Part shown: positions 15,001 through 30,000 of the stretch, one piece after another
Layout of the letters: the number at the start of each line of letters is the position of its first letter
Position numbering within the stretch: the first letter of the stretch is position 1
From: an uncultured Planctomycetales bacterium
Lineage (GTDB): Bacteria > Omnitrophota > Gorgyraeia > Gygaellales > Profunditerraquicolaceae
Assembly (NCBI GenBank): GCA_964354585.1
Contig: CAYHAI010000052.1
Coordinates: 6,283 to 70,282 of the forward strand
Direction of reading: 5' to 3'
Length of the DNA stretch: 64,000 nucleotides
The notes under the pieces: generated by a model
Database searches by the model: none
What the model was told of the DNA's origin: nothing
Seen by the model: only the letters and a program-made list of their open reading frames with translations
Program-made: the position numbers and the translations under genes

Positions 15001-18000
15001 GTAAGGTGCTAGAGGGAGTTTTTGCATCTTGTTTACTGCCTTGAATAGCCCTTAGTACTTTAAGGCCAAAATAAGTTAATAATACGGTTCCTACCAGCCA
15101 TCCTGCCAATTCCTGTATCAGGTCGCGGGTTAACCAAGTAGGGATATGGATAATATCAAAGGCATACATGCCAACTGCGGTGGCAAAGCCAGCTAAACTA
15201 ACCAATGTCTCTTTGATATATACCTTGCCCGCATTTCTCTGCAACCGTATAAATATAGTAGGCGGTTCATTTACTTCCTGAACCGGTATCTGATGCTCCG
15301 GGGCCGCCTGCTTTATTCTCCCATAAATATTCGCACCTCGGTTCAGTGCGCGTAAAAGACTATTTGGGTCTTGAAAGATGACTTCCTCTGCGCTGGGAAT
15401 TAAATTCTGCTGGCCACCCACTGCTTCCAGGAGAACTTTCCCTATTTCTGCTGTTTCCAGCAAACCTAAATCAAGTCTAATGCGGCGATATGCTTTATTT
15501 TCTGGGGATAACTGTAACCTCACCGGTGGCGGGTAAGAAGAAAGATTGAACTCTTTGCGTGAAAGAATATCTCTGGCAGCTTGCCTGAGTCTGTCTCTAT
15601 AAGGACGCTCTACAGAAATCCAAACCTCAGGCGGCATATATTGGTCATCAACTATATATTTTCTGACAAAACTATATACTGTTTCATTTGCTGGCCGCGA
15701 TGAGCTATTTAGGTATAAAGTTGCCTTTTTATTAACCAAGATAATTTCTATCCTGTCAGGATATTCTATTGCCGGATTATAATCAAACTCTATTCTATAA
15801 TTACGGTCTGCTCTTAAAGAATACTCGCGATAGATATCCTTATCCTCTAAACCAACCCCTGCTTGTTTAGCAATTTCTTCCAGTAGGCCCTTAGCATACT
15901 CATTATCATCGCGCAGACTTATCAAATCCACATCTATACCGTATATTTCTGCGGCTTTACAGATTGCCCGCGCCACTATAGTTCTTTCTATGGATTGAGG
16001 TATATGCGTCCACTGGGATAAAGCCGCCACCATTTTTTGCTCATCAGTGTAGATATAACCCGCGTATCTTTTTTCCACATAGCGGAATAAATTATCGATA
16101 TGCCATCTGGCAATCTCATCAGCAAAATGGGCCACGGCGCGGTCAATATCTGCCTCAGTTATCTTATCTTGCTTGTAACCCTTCTTCTCCACCAACCATT
16201 GGGCAATCAAGGATTTTTCCATTTGATATGGCCCGGTAGAATTATCTTCGTTGAGGAAGGCAGCCCCTGCCTTGGCTAAGTCTCTTAAGCCAACCCGGCT
16301 ATCTTTTTCCATTTCTCTGAGCGCGCGTAAAATATGGTTTTCAAGTTCTGAATAAGACATTGGCATGGGAGGGGCAAGTCCTGTAGTCCGCTTGGCTTCC
16401 GGCTCAGCTCGCGCTAAGTTAGGTTCTTGGTATGATTTAGCGGCGACACTATCTTTGGGTACAACTATGCGCGGAACATCCTTTTGGATATTTCTTGCCG
16501 CGTTTTCTTTTATTTTTAAGAATATCTTATGAACGAACACTACCAACAATATACCCAAAACAAATCCCGTCACTTTATATTTTTCTTCCCATATCTTCTT
16601 TAATATTGCTTTTCCTATCTTAACCAAACCAGAAATTCCCAGCAAAACTATATAGGGTAAAGAAACAATTAGTATTATACAAACACAAACAACACTGATG
16701 ATTAACTTAACCACAGCTGGTATCGCTGCAATGACCTTCTTCACGGCTTTGATTCCTATTCCTACCAATACGACTCCTATCTTTACTACTCTGACTCCTA
16801 TATCTAATATTCCTGCGCTTATCCGGGCAACCACGAAAATTATGGTTAAAACTGTAGAAGCTAAGAAAACAACCAGTAGCGGCGTGCGGAACCAATTAGT
16901 GGACGCGGGATTTATTGGAGAACCAGGGAAGGAATGCAACAATATTACGGCAAAAACAGCAACTATAGCCGTTACCATTGAGCCTGTCCTTAGCGTCTTT
17001 TTAAATCCTTTCCAGAGAGTAGATATAGTATAATTCTCAATCTGCGGCTCAGATTCTAACTCGGGAGATTTTACCACCGCAACTTCTGATGCGGGAGATT
17101 CTGCCTTCACGGATTCTGCTTCCTCAGATTCTAACTCCTCACGCAATCTTTCTAATACTTTCACCTCTCTCCTTACCTGCACCAAGAACACAATAATTAT
17201 GCCCAACGCGATAAGAACCAGGCTCTCGAATCTAAAACCTGCGTGATAGGTTACCTCTGGGGCACTTGCGGCCTGAGCACCCGCCGAGCCCAGCCCGATA
17301 AATGCAATTGCTATGGAAACGATAAATTTCGCTAATTTAAACTTGGGCATGGTCACTCGCTCAATAAAATGGAGTTGCTTCTTTTCTACATCCTTATTGC
17401 TGCCATTAAATGCCTTATGCCATATCTGGGCTACCAACTGGGCAAACTTGACTTCAATCTCTTCTCTAATCTCCTCTTCTGTGGGCTTACGGCTCAGTCT
17501 ATATTTAAGGTCATTTATCACCGTCTCTCTAATTTCTTGTTGTGTGGGCAAGCGCTTAATCATTTCGTCCGCGCGGGCCTTATAAATCAATCTCGTAAAA
17601 GTGCAAGAAAATTCATCGTTGGTCTGAAGCAGGGGCTTGGTTTTTCCTTCTGTCAGGGCTAAAAGTTCTTCTCTGGTTATCCCCGCATACCCCGCTAAAG
17701 CATCAAGATATCTATGCTCTACGCTATAAACCGGCACTCTTAACTCCTGGCCAGGCTGCAATACCGGATCTTCACCTTTTAAATCGTTCTCTTTCTTAAT
17801 TGCTTCTGGTGTAGAACCATATCTTTGGGCAATTTTCCAGAGCGAATCACCCTTTATAACTGTGTGTTGCTTCAGCGTTACCGTACTGAATTCTTTTTCT
17901 TCCAGATTAGGAATCTCTATCCTAAGAAAAGAAATTGCTGTCTTTGGCTCAATCTGCCACCAGCCACAGCCTACGCCATCAACTAACTTTCCGCGTCTGG

Positions 18001-21000
18001 TTACCACCTGTTGGCGCGCTTTCAAGTCGGATTCATTAATCGGAGTGGATAACAGTAGATAAATAAGGTGCGTGTAGAATTTTTTATACTCTAACTTAAC
18101 TGCGCCTTCTTTAGTAAACATATATCCATCGGTTTTCTTAAGTATCCCATCAATCATTTTCCAGATCTCATCATAGTTTGCGCGCTGAAACTCATCCATC
18201 TCTCTAAATTCTTGAGGTATGGTAACCGCGACTTTAATATATTCTTTTTCGCCCACTGCTACTTTGGCAACCTCAGTAAATCCTACTTTCTGGGCTGCTT
18301 TCTTAACTTCTTCAAAAGTTGCTCCTTCTACGCTAATATACGCCCAGAACATTCCATTATTTTCTTTACCTATTCTGATCAGCTTTCCAAGTTTATTTCT
18401 TAGCCGCTGTAACATTCCCACCAAATATAAACTTACTGGATATGTAAATTCACTGGAAGAAAAGTTCGGGGCTAAATCTCCGGCAATGAGGTCTTCTAAA
18501 TCAGCAAGCGATAAGAAGAAAATGGCTCCTATTGTCTTCTTAACGAATTTTCTTCGCGAAGCAACATCATTCTTATGTTTTTTAGTATCTTTCTTATTTG
18601 GCCTACCTGGATCTATTCTTGGCGCTATTACAAACAAAGCTATAGCTATTGATACTACGCTTATTATCAGAGCCACAATACCGATTGTGCCTGCGGTAGG
18701 CTCAGGTGTCTCTGACGCGCTAATTTCTCCAGCCATAGCCGGAGCCGCGGCAAGAGCCAAGAAAATCATCCCCACCACCGCACCTAAGCCCATGCTTGTT
18801 GTTAATGCCTCTTTTGTTTGGGTATTTGTCTCTATAAAGACTGTGGGTTCGCGGGACAGCTTGACATTGTGGTCATTTAATCGCACTCCGTCTTGTTCGG
18901 CTCCGTGGCAGAAATGAATCTGTGAGGTTACCTCAATACCAGAATCAAGCAGCTCCTGGATAGGTATGACTAGATGATACTGGGTAAGGGACTTACCATC
19001 GGGTTGCTTTATCTGGGCTTGCACTACTTTTGCCTGCGTGGCTCTTCCTTGATACTCTCCAAGCAGTTGATAATCTGAGGTATTATGGCGGCTGAAGTAT
19101 AGCATATATGCTTTTGGACCCTTGATGAGAATGGCAAAACCTAAAAGCTTTTCTTCAACATCAAATTCCATAACCAAATTGCCGCGAGAATAGTTGCGTA
19201 AATCTACTTTGAAGTTTGCCCATTTGCCAGCCCAAGTCTTTCCTTTGTAATGGTCAAATAATACTGTTTCTTCGGTTCGGCCCAAGGGCTGACGATGTTT
19301 GGCACAACCTGTCTCAAGCAAAACTACTCCTACCGCTGTCGCGAACACTGTCTTTAAGAACCCTCTTCTTGAAATTCTCCCTACCTCGGCAGCAGGAGGC
19401 CCACAAATCGGATTCTCTCTTCTGGCTCGCAGGGCTTTGACGGCCTGGATAAATCCTAAAACTAACAAAGCCAATCCCGCAGTCAAAATCGTGAGCATTT
19501 TCAGAGAGACAAATCCTGAACGCTGAGAGTCTTTCGCTATGCTCTTCATTGCTCGAGCACGTTGCTCCCTTCTCTTTGCCCGGCCTCTATGCGACATAAA
19601 ACAAATGAGCGTAAGAATAAGCAACATTGCAGCAGAGCCATATAACCTCCCATACTCATATTTGGGAACTAGGGCTATATACCTAAGTTTCATCTTTTCT
19701 AACGCCGGAACCAATGTGCCTGCACAAAGTTCAGAACCTTGTATGTGTCCTGCGTTACCGATAAAGAATATCTTACCTCCTGTTGAAGATGCGCATTTTG
19801 AAATCGTCTCTGCAAAGGCCCTTTCTCTTTCCCTGTTTAATTGTTTCATCGCTTTTATCAAATTTTCTCGTTTCCTCTTATCGCTGGATGTTGCCTCACC
19901 CGCCGCAATCAATTTATCTATCTCTTCCTGCTGCCTTATATTATCTACTGATTCATTCATTAACACCGCGTCATCTGCCCCCATTACTTTGCCTTTGGCT
20001 CCAGAAATCAGAGACTGAAAGTATACGGCATCAAGACTTTTATCTCGCCATAGTCCGGTTGTTAAGTCTTTTCCTCTTGCTACGCCCTCTAATAAAATGA
20101 TATCTCTATCCTGCGCATATTTAGCCAATAACCTAGCGACCTCTTGGTTATTTTCACCACGGCTGCCTATCAGGATAACCTGTGCAGAATCTATATCTTG
20201 GACATTCTGAGAAAAGACCTCGAAATATTTAGGGTAAAGCCCTTCATCACCTAGCGCCGCGGTTGATTTAACCGCTCTGGGGATAGCCTTAGCCTGGCCA
20301 GCTCCGACTGCTAATATCAATAATACAATTGGAACAACGGTGAATGCGCTAAACAACGATGCGGCGCAATAAGGAGTAGTTTGTGCTTGCCCGAACCCAT
20401 AAGCCAAAACAGCCGCAATGGCACTCACCAACGCCACTATTACTGTACTTAAGGTAGAACCGTTACCAGTCAAACTTTCTCTTAAAACATTATTGTAACC
20501 AGGCAGGCCATATATTCGATTTAATACCTCTTCTACAAATTTATCAACCCTTTCATTTAATTCAGCCGCGTCATAAGGAATGCCGGGATAGCCGATTACT
20601 TCTCTGGCTTCTTTTCTACTGACGTTACGCACAAACTCTCTCAATGCCGGGACAAGGCTGGGGGCAACACTGCTGAATATCAATGGGGTATCATTTTCTG
20701 ATACCGCAATATGAAATACCAAATATTTAAAGGTGCTGGCGAGCGTGCCGCAGACACTGATGTATTGTGCTTTCCTGTTTTTATCTTGCCTTAGTTCGCT
20801 ATAGAAACCGATAATATCCCTGAGTATCTCGGGTTGCAAATCAAAGAATAATCTCTGTTTTGCTACGTTAGAACGTAGAGTTGCGAATTTAGATTTGGTG
20901 TAGTCGTTTGTGCCTACGCTGACAAAATCAAATTTTCTATAGACATCGGCTAATAAAGGCACAAGTTGTGTATCTTCTATCATTACCCCGAATTGCATAT

Positions 21001-24000
21001 TATTTAATATCTCGCCGGCAATTTCTCTTTTTACCTGCGCAATACTCTGCAACAAGAAATCTACATCTTCTTGTGAAACTACCATCGGAAACATCACTGC
21101 GATTTTGTGTCTTTCGCTCTCTATATTAGCCCTCATCAGAGCCCTTAATTGGGTAAGGAATATATCCTTGCCTTCGTCGCTTAATCTATAAAATGCTACG
21201 CCTTCCAATTTCTTTTCGTTTCTAATCCAGGGAAGCCCTTTATCCGGATCTTTGGAGGGGTCTACTACATCTAAGGTGCGCATCACAATTATTCCAGCCG
21301 CAGCATTAGCTAAAGTTAAATAAATACCTTCCTGGTAATTTTCTGCTGGCACTGCGGTTAAATTGAAAAATGACTTTATGGCTTCTGTCCTGCATAACCC
21401 CACATCAAGCAACAGGCCCTTACTTAAATCTACTTCTTCTTTCTGATTTGCGTTTATCTTAAAGTTTACCTTAACCCCATCTTTTGTTTTTACTGGCTGC
21501 TCTCTCTGGGTAACAGTATATTCTTCCAAAGCCCTCAGCTGTGTATCCAGCGTTTTGCTTTCTTCTAAAGTTTTGGTGCTCGGATTTAAGATTACTTCGC
21601 CGCTTAAGCCGTTGACTACGGCGTATTCACCCTCACGCACCAAGCTAAACCAGTTTATCTCTTCTGCGCTGTCTTCTACGCTGGGATGAGTAATTACTAA
21701 GTAACCAGCCTCTTTGGCAAAAATAACCCAGTGCTCGGCAACCGAAGCCTTATCTACTACAAAGGCAAGCACGTCTTCGTAAGTACCCACAATGCGGTAG
21801 TAGTCGCCAATATCCATATCTCTGGCAAAAATTATTGCCTTTCCTCGAGGCGCCCTGTCTCTTAAGAAATCTTCTACTATATAATCAATTATTTCTACTG
21901 CTATGTCATTTATGCGTTCTTTTACCTCGGGATCTACTCTTGCGTGGGAAATATATTCTGCAGCCCCATCCCTGATTAATTCTTCTGCCTCTTTAAACCT
22001 AAACTTTGTTTCTGCGGATGCCCAGTAACCTTTGTATTCATCTAAATAATTCCTTAAAATAGGAGGAATTTGTTCGGCTATCTGGTTGATAAAACTCTTT
22101 ACTTTATCATCAACGCTAACCCCTGCATCTATCCGCTGCCTTATTTTTTCTATTACATTATTAAACCGCCTAATCTCATCATCTATCTTTTGTTGGGCTA
22201 ATTCTAATCTATCTCCAGATAAAATTAAACTATTGTTGCGGCTCAATCTCAACTCTATCATTACCCGCTTTAAGGCCTTATTCATCTCAAGCACATTATC
22301 TCTAAATCTGCCTGCCGGCATTTTAGCGGCACCTTCGTAATTCTCATCTATCCTATGCAGTAGAATATGCTCTGCAGTGCTGGGGTCAATATGTCCTTCA
22401 ATCGCTTTAACAATATTTTTCTTTTCGTATAAAACAACACCCATCAATGCCCCTACGCGAGTAGCTGCTTCCTTATGCTTTTTGTGTTCTAAAGTTAGCT
22501 GGGTTGTCTTTAATCTTGCTATTTCTTTCCTAAACACAGTTCTTGCTCTTAATATTTCTTTGTGTATTAATTCCTCTCTTGCGTCTTTCGGTATATCCTG
22601 AAATGGTAAAATTTTATTGCGCCGTTCGATGCGCGTAAATAGCGCCTGCTCCAACTTATCAATATCTATCCACTTGTGTGTGTCGGCGCTAAATATATCG
22701 GCAAATACCTGCGCTTGCGTATCGTTTACGAGTGTAGCATCAATCTCTTTTTTCTTAAGCTCGGTAAATACCCTCTCTATGGCTGCTTCCGCATTAACCT
22801 TCTCTGCTAAGATAACCTTATCTATTCTCTTCTTAAGATAATCAATGATTATCAATGTATTAATGCCCACCAATCCTTGATCTACCTGAGGCTTAATAAT
22901 ACCCTTAAGATAATCCAGGGCTTCTTCCGCAAAGACTTGCTCATTGCGGACCAAGAGCGCTAACTCATTTTCTTTTAAGCCAGGTATGTTTAAGGCATAG
23001 AATAACGTTGTGTGGCTCTCAGGAAGGCTGGGTTTTACCGCAATGGGAGCTGCAGGCACTCTCAAGCCTAAAGTACTCAATCCTCTTAGCCTTATTTCTC
23101 CAGCCAAGCCCAAAAGCCCCAAGCTGGCAAGGCAAACCCCATCCGCGCCCTGCCCCAGCCCACAAACCAAAGCCACCACAACCGCAGCCACCACCACTCC
23201 CGCCCCCACCATTGCCACCAGCGCGCCAACAACCTGCCTGCTGGTGATGCCGGAAGGAGACTGACAGGCAAGATGTTCTCTTTGCCTCGCCCTTAAAATA
23301 GGAGCAAGTGCTTTTAAGATTCCAGATTGTCCTGCCTCTTCTAAAGCCCAAATTGCTGTGCTGTGCAAATCTGAAGGGAGTTGATCATTTTCTACAATCG
23401 CCTTTAAAATAGAACCAAGCTCTTGCTCTCGTAAAATTCTAAATTGTTTTGTGATTCTTAAGGCCTCAATTGCTGCTTGGCATAAATCTGGATGGAGTTG
23501 GTAATTTTCTACAATCGTCTTTAAAGTAAAACCAAGCGCTCTTAAGATTCCAAATTGTTTTGCGGCTATTAAAGCCAAAATTGCTTTTTGGCGCGAATCT
23601 GGAGAGAGTTGGTCATCTTTTGCGTATGCTTTTAAGGTCTTAAATCCTCCTGCGTTCTCTGAAGCCCAAGTTGCCGCTTGGCGCAAATCTGAATGGAGCT
23701 GGTTATTGTTTTCGCATACTATTAAGGTCTTAACGTAGCTTTTGACAACGGCTCGCCTCATTAAATATACCACCCCCGCCGCAGCTAATATATAAGGTAA
23801 GGCCTCTGGCTGCTTTACTGCTAAAGCAATGCCTGCACCCACAAGCCCAACTACTGCCATGGCAAGTATAGTCTCAGGCAGGGTAAAGCCGGATTTGCGG
23901 CGGTCGCTATGAGAACGGCGGCTACGGTCATCATGTCTAATTCTGCTTTTTATTTTTTGCCGATAGCGTAAGTATAAATATAATCCTACAAAAAATACCA

Positions 24001-27000
24001 CAACTATTCCAGCAACTAAAAAAGGATGCGATAGGAAGCCCCTAAGAATACGCCATCCGATATACTGTTCTGTTGAATCAAGCCACATTGCAATTAAAAT
24101 AACGCCTGGAGCTAACAGGATTAAACTTACTATAGATAATAAATTCCGAAGTCTACTTCTCTTTGGAAACAGGTAACTTATCGCTTTCAGTGCTCCAGCA
24201 AGTGAACCCATTATAAGAGATACCTTGAGCACAGCAATAATGATACTGCCTCCCTGTGATGCGGCATAATCGCCTTGCCCGCTGACTGTCCCTGTCGCTC
24301 CCCAAGCCAAGTCAGCCAAGAATAAGACGAAAGCAATAGGAAGGAAGGAGAAAGTCATTCCACTAGGAAGAATAGTAGGACGTTTCCAGAAATCGTCCAT
24401 ACTAGCTTCTTTTCTTCTTGCTAGTGCCTGCGCCTCTTTGAATTTTCTCACTAACCAGCTGATACCTCTGGCTATCTTTATCACGCCAGTGCCTACTATT
24501 GCCATCACCGCACCCACGGCTCGCCGCAGACGGGTGACTGATGACTGATGTCCAGTTTTATTCAGAAGAATACCCTTACGAATAATACGGAGCAGATAAG
24601 TCAAGTAAGCCAATCTTCTCTTTTCTCTTCTATTGCCACTTTCCACTACCCAACCAATATTTAACACCAAATTGCGCGACTCTAACTCAGGCTTTGTCAA
24701 TAAGTGAGGAATGTCTGTCCATATCACTTCCCAACCCGTACTATTTTCAAACTTCTTTATTATTCTTAATAAACGAGAATCCAATCTGACCTTATGCGGA
24801 TTCTTAATATATTCACAAGCAATACTTGAAACAGTAACGCCATCTATAAACTCTTTTATATGTTGTCTACAAAGAACAAAGAGCCAAAAGGGAATATTTA
24901 CTAAAGCCAGTCCGTTTAGAAAGGGAAAAGCGCTATTATTATTTAATGCACTAATAAGATTAGTATAAATGCCCCATATTCCAAAAGTGCCTAAAAGTAC
25001 AAGCAAGATACCGTGGTCTAAAGCAGACAGCGGGACACGAGGTAGGTTATCATCTTCCCGGAACCAGATGTGCTTAAACGCCCGCCTTATTGAAACCAAG
25101 GGTACTGATAATTTATCTGTATTGATAAACTCTAATTTAACTGCCTTTGCCACAGGATCTTTACGCTCCACCGATATCTGCTTCATGGCCTGATAGGTCT
25201 TAGCTCCTTTATAAATCTTATAAATTCCGTAAATTGATATCGTCAATTCAACACCCACAACCACTAATGCCGCTGCTGCAAAGAAAATCCATATATAAGA
25301 TGGATATCGAACCAGTGGCGCTAAAATAGCTCCTAAATAACCCAAGACAAATCCTATCCCTAGAGCTACTAGTGCCATACTAGCTAATAATAAGATAGGT
25401 CTTATGAGGAGTCTGTATTTCGAAATAAATTTATTCGAATTAAGCTGTATCCCATTCTCTCCTACTCCGCCAAGCAGTGGAACCGTAGCCGCCAGAGCTG
25501 TTGCAGCAGCAAAATTGGGGCTGGTTGTCTTGGTCAATAAAACCCCTGCCAAAACTACTGCGCCAATAGCCAACACACCCGCCACCACCGCACCCACGGC
25601 TCGCCGAACTAAACCTAACACACTGCGTAGGTGCGATAGGATTTTAGTTGTGCGAGCCGTTGATCTTATACACAGGTATATGATTGTTGCGAGCAGCAGT
25701 GATACGAGCAATAATGGTGTCGCGGTCGCTGCCAAATAACTGCTCCCAAGAGTCAGCCCGGCCATTTCTGGTATAAACGTTGCCCGTAACTTGGTGAACA
25801 AGAAACAGACGCATATGACCGTTACCATTTTCCCGAGCAGCCGCAAAAACTGTGGAATCTTTGACGAACTCAACGATGTGGTCGAATTCCAAGACAGCAT
25901 AATTGATCTTAACCATGGTATCCTCCTTTGTTTAGTTGTACCAAGGGAACTCTCGGGGGTCAGTCTCCGGAGGTATTGGAGCCGAGAGCCCCTTGATAAC
26001 AACAAAGCCGCAATAACTGCTATTCCTGCCACGGAAGGAGCAATTAGCGGCTGGATTAAAGTTCTAATTTTTTCTTTGAGTTTTTGAATTAAGGAAGTTA
26101 ATTTGGCGGGGATATTATTGAAGACAAAAAGGTCGCCTTGCGCTTTTTTAGCGGGCGGACTGAGATCGTTGAAGGTTTGTCCAGGCCTTTGTGGAAGAAT
26201 TCGCTTAGTAAGACGTATTATGGCCTCAATAAATTTAGGTATAATTAATTTTATTCTTCCGCCTAAACCTGCTAAACCTTGATTTGTACCACTTGCACTC
26301 TGGGCACCCTGGCCTTCTCTTACATTTTCTGCAGGTAGACCACTTACACCTCGGGCACCTTGCCCATCTTCACCTTTTCGCACCGCGTAGGTGCGATAGG
26401 TTACTATTGCAATTAGGGCAACTGCAACTACTGCTACTAAGATTATTGTAGCAATTACAATTGCGTATGGTAAAACATTGCTAATATTTGTCTGCGCGCT
26501 TATGTCTGCCAATTGACTGCCTGCGTATGCGCGAAACGCAGCAGTCCCAAAAATACCACCCGGCCCACGCACAGACGGACCCCCGGTCTGCGTCCAATGA
26601 AGATGCATTAGTACACCCATCACTCCCGTGGCTAGTGAGGAAAATCCTGCTACTACTCCTAATACTGGAATCTCTATAAATGCAGTCCCATTATTGCCGC
26701 CTGTATTATTAGCGCCATTATCCTGCCGACTGCCTGAATTCTGGCTGTTCATCGGCTGCTGGCGAGATGGCTGATGATTATCTGATATGGGCTGGTTTTG
26801 CTCCTGAGTGGAATTTAAGTTACTTCTACCGTTAACTATACTCATTAATAAATCTTCGGGAAGCTGAGGCAATCTGCTGACCGCCCTGCTTAACGGACGG
26901 ACCACATCTGCATAGAGATTCCTCTCTTCGATAGGCACTAACATCCCTTGTTTATTAAGCCGTGGCTCAAACCCATCTTTCTGCTTCAATCTCTGCTCAA

Positions 27001-30000
27001 TATCCCAAGCTAACTTTCTTGCTTCCCACCACTTCCTTACGCCTCTTAATTCCCCGTTGCCTGTGCCGTTATTGGCAGCCTCAATAGCCTCAAAAAGTTG
27101 CTGCACAAATCTGGTGCGCTCTCGGCGCGAAGAGCCATTATTGAGGCCGCGGGCTATCTCTTCCAAACCTGTGCCCTGCAAATTTCCGTTTGAGGACAAT
27201 ATATAAGGTAAGAGCTCTCTGGCTTGCCCAACTACACTGTCTTTGCCACTTGTTTTAAGAATGTCTCTGATAATAGACGGTGTATCCTCAGAGGTCCGGA
27301 TTGGCGATTCTGCTGGCTTTTCAGCCGACGCCGGCTGCTGGGCTAGATCGGATGGGGTGATATCAGCTTCTCCAGAAGGCGCTTTAGAATAATGGTTTAC
27401 ATAATAGTGCTTTTCTTTGGTTTTATCCACCTTTGCCCAACCCTCATTTGTCAGGGTAGTTAAATCACTATTAACAGTGGAGCGGCTGAAATTGTCTTGG
27501 AATTCATCCGCTACTAATTGCATAGCTTCTGTAACGGTAAGCATTCCTCTTTGCTCTATTTGTTCCTTTAAGAACGCTCTTCTTTCTTGCTGGGTTGCCC
27601 TGTGAGTTCTGGTAGGTGTTTCGGCTGGCTGCGGCTCAACCTGCTTGGTTGAGGCTGACTGCTTTCCCTCTGGCGCCGATGTTTCCTTTTGGGCTACTAC
27701 GGTTTCATCCGGCTTGGCTTCTTGCGCCTGCGCTTGGGCGGGAGCTCGGGCTTCGGCTAATTGCCTTTGTGCCGAAGAGACAATACTATAAATTTCAAGT
27801 TGGGGATTGAAAACTTTAGCGGCGTATTGAACAATAAGAGGAGATTCTGAATTTATTACTGTGGCTTTTTCTTTTTCGAGCTCTTGTTTCCTGGCTTGAG
27901 CAAGTTCAATGATTTTCTTAGCAATGGCCTTTTCTTCTGCTTCTAATTTACTCCTATCTATTTGCGGCTCTGGAATAATATTTTCTTCCTGCCTTGCTGC
28001 TTGGGCTTTTAGACGCTGCTCGTATGCTTCCTTGATTGCTTTTTCTCTCACTAAAACTCGTTGGGCCAAAGCGCCTGTTCCATCAACCACCGGCTGCTCA
28101 TCAATTATAACTTGCTCTAAGACCTTTATGGTATCATCTATAGAAGAAATACGCTGTTCAATCTTTTTCTGCAACGCACTTTCTTCTCCACCTATAGCTA
28201 TAAGCACAAGCTTATCCAATAAGTTATCTGCCGTTACGTCTTTAGTGGCAGAGGCATTAGCAACCTTCTTTAAATTATCGGCGTTTACGCCTTCCTTAGG
28301 CTCAAGACCTTTTTTCTCCAGTTTTTTCAATTCTTTTTCAACTCTTTTTTCTATCTTCTTCCATTTTTCCTCTTCAGACTTATCCTGCGATGGACTAATT
28401 AGCTGATAAATTAATGCCTGTGAGCCCGTAGAAGCCCTTTCTAAGCGGCTCATTAATTTAGCTGCCTTGCCTACAGGGCCTTTACCCCTTAGAGCAACTA
28501 TATCCGCTAAAGAAAAACCTCTTTCTTGAGCTACGACCAACATTTCCGTTAACGTAACTTTAGCGCTTTGTGCATCCGAAAGTAATCCGCTACCTACTGA
28601 CAATGCATCATTTATTGCCTTTAACTTTTCAGTCTGCTCCGGCGTTATCGGCAGCACAAAAGGAACTAACTCCATAGGCTCAACATTCCATTTTTCAGTT
28701 CCCGGCTGCTTGCCGAAGGCTTCTATGGCATTATATAAATCGAGACGGGAAGGCAATGCTTTAGCTAAAGCTTTTTTGGCTATAGCATCAGCTTCTTCTT
28801 GGGTGCGAGCCTGTCGCAGTTTTGTATAAGCATCTCTAATTTTACCATTCACTAATCCCTGCAATGCCTTTGCCTGTTCAGGATATTTCTCTGCCATCAC
28901 GCCTAAGACTAAATCTGTGATCGCCAAAACATCGCCGCTACGCTGTTTCTCAGTAAATTGCGCCAGCGGAATCTGGGGCAACGCTTCACCTTTCGCCTGC
29001 GCAGCTGCTGCAAAAGGCTGCACAACCTGACCTAAAGTCATTAAAGAATTTAAATCTCGGTGCATGGTATCAGTGGATTTAATTAAACCTTGGCTAGTCA
29101 GATTCTGCAAGGTATCAAACGCTTGTTGATTAGTTAAACCCTGTCCTTGAGGTAACGCACTAGCTAACCCTAAAGATACTAAACCGTTATTAATTGCGGT
29201 CCTTATCGCTGGGTTGGAATTGGTTAAAGTATTAAGAGTTGGCAAGAGAAGAGAATCTAGATACAAAGCTCCTGAACCCGGATCGGAATATCCTTTTTCT
29301 CTTAACCAGTCAGCGCTTGTAGCAGGAATACCTTTTGATGCTGCTATATCTTTATCAGTTATTGGCTCATAAAAAGGCTTGCCCAATTCTTTACGCGTAT
29401 CTGCTGCTGCTCTCGCATCTACCAAGCCTGGTTCAATATAACGCGGTGTATATGAAGGTAATTCTTCTGCGCCATATTTGCTGCGCGCATCCTTTAATTC
29501 GGCTGGAGCGCGAGCACGACCTAAAGCAACGCTGCCTCTTGTAATGCTATCCCCTTGCAACTCTGCTATAAATTCACGAGTTGCAGTGTTATCAGCATTA
29601 ACAACTCTATCTATTCTTCCGCCTTGCCGAGTATTTTCTCTTATCCGAGTTATGGACCTTTCTATTGTCCTATCAACTGCATCGTTGGCATTGCCTACAT
29701 CTCCCCTTAAATTAGTATTAATATAATCTCTATCTGCGCTCCTCTTTTCCGCTAGGATTTCTTCTATAACTTTTGCCGCTTCAGGAGCTAATTGTTTTAT
29801 ACGCAAATATGCATCTTCCTCCGTTCTCATTGCATTATCAGTAATATCGGTATAGTTACGCTGTTTATTGATCTCAATTTGATTCGCCTCAAGAGTATCG
29901 GCAGTTGCTCCGTCAACAAGCTCTATTCTTCTTGAAACTTCGTCTCCTTTTGTATAATCTGGTTTGCCTTCGCTATCAACTGTTGCGGTACGCAGCCTAA

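Noticed and set aside
23008-23351. Pro-rich (PPLPPPP) and Gly-rich ORFs on both strands
   Set aside because: These are alternative-frame or antisense readings of a GC-rich stretch that encodes the Gly/Val/Ala-rich low-complexity segment of the giant protein.
25644-25916. 90-aa minus-strand ORF (MVKINYAVLEF...) with a perfect AAGGAGG 6 nt upstream, nested inside the giant gene in another frame
   Set aside because: It lies wholly within the giant ORF, which stays open in its own frame through this region. The SD-like bases are readable as ...KQRRIPW... in the giant frame. The 90-aa product has no recognisable features. It is most likely a chance nested ORF.
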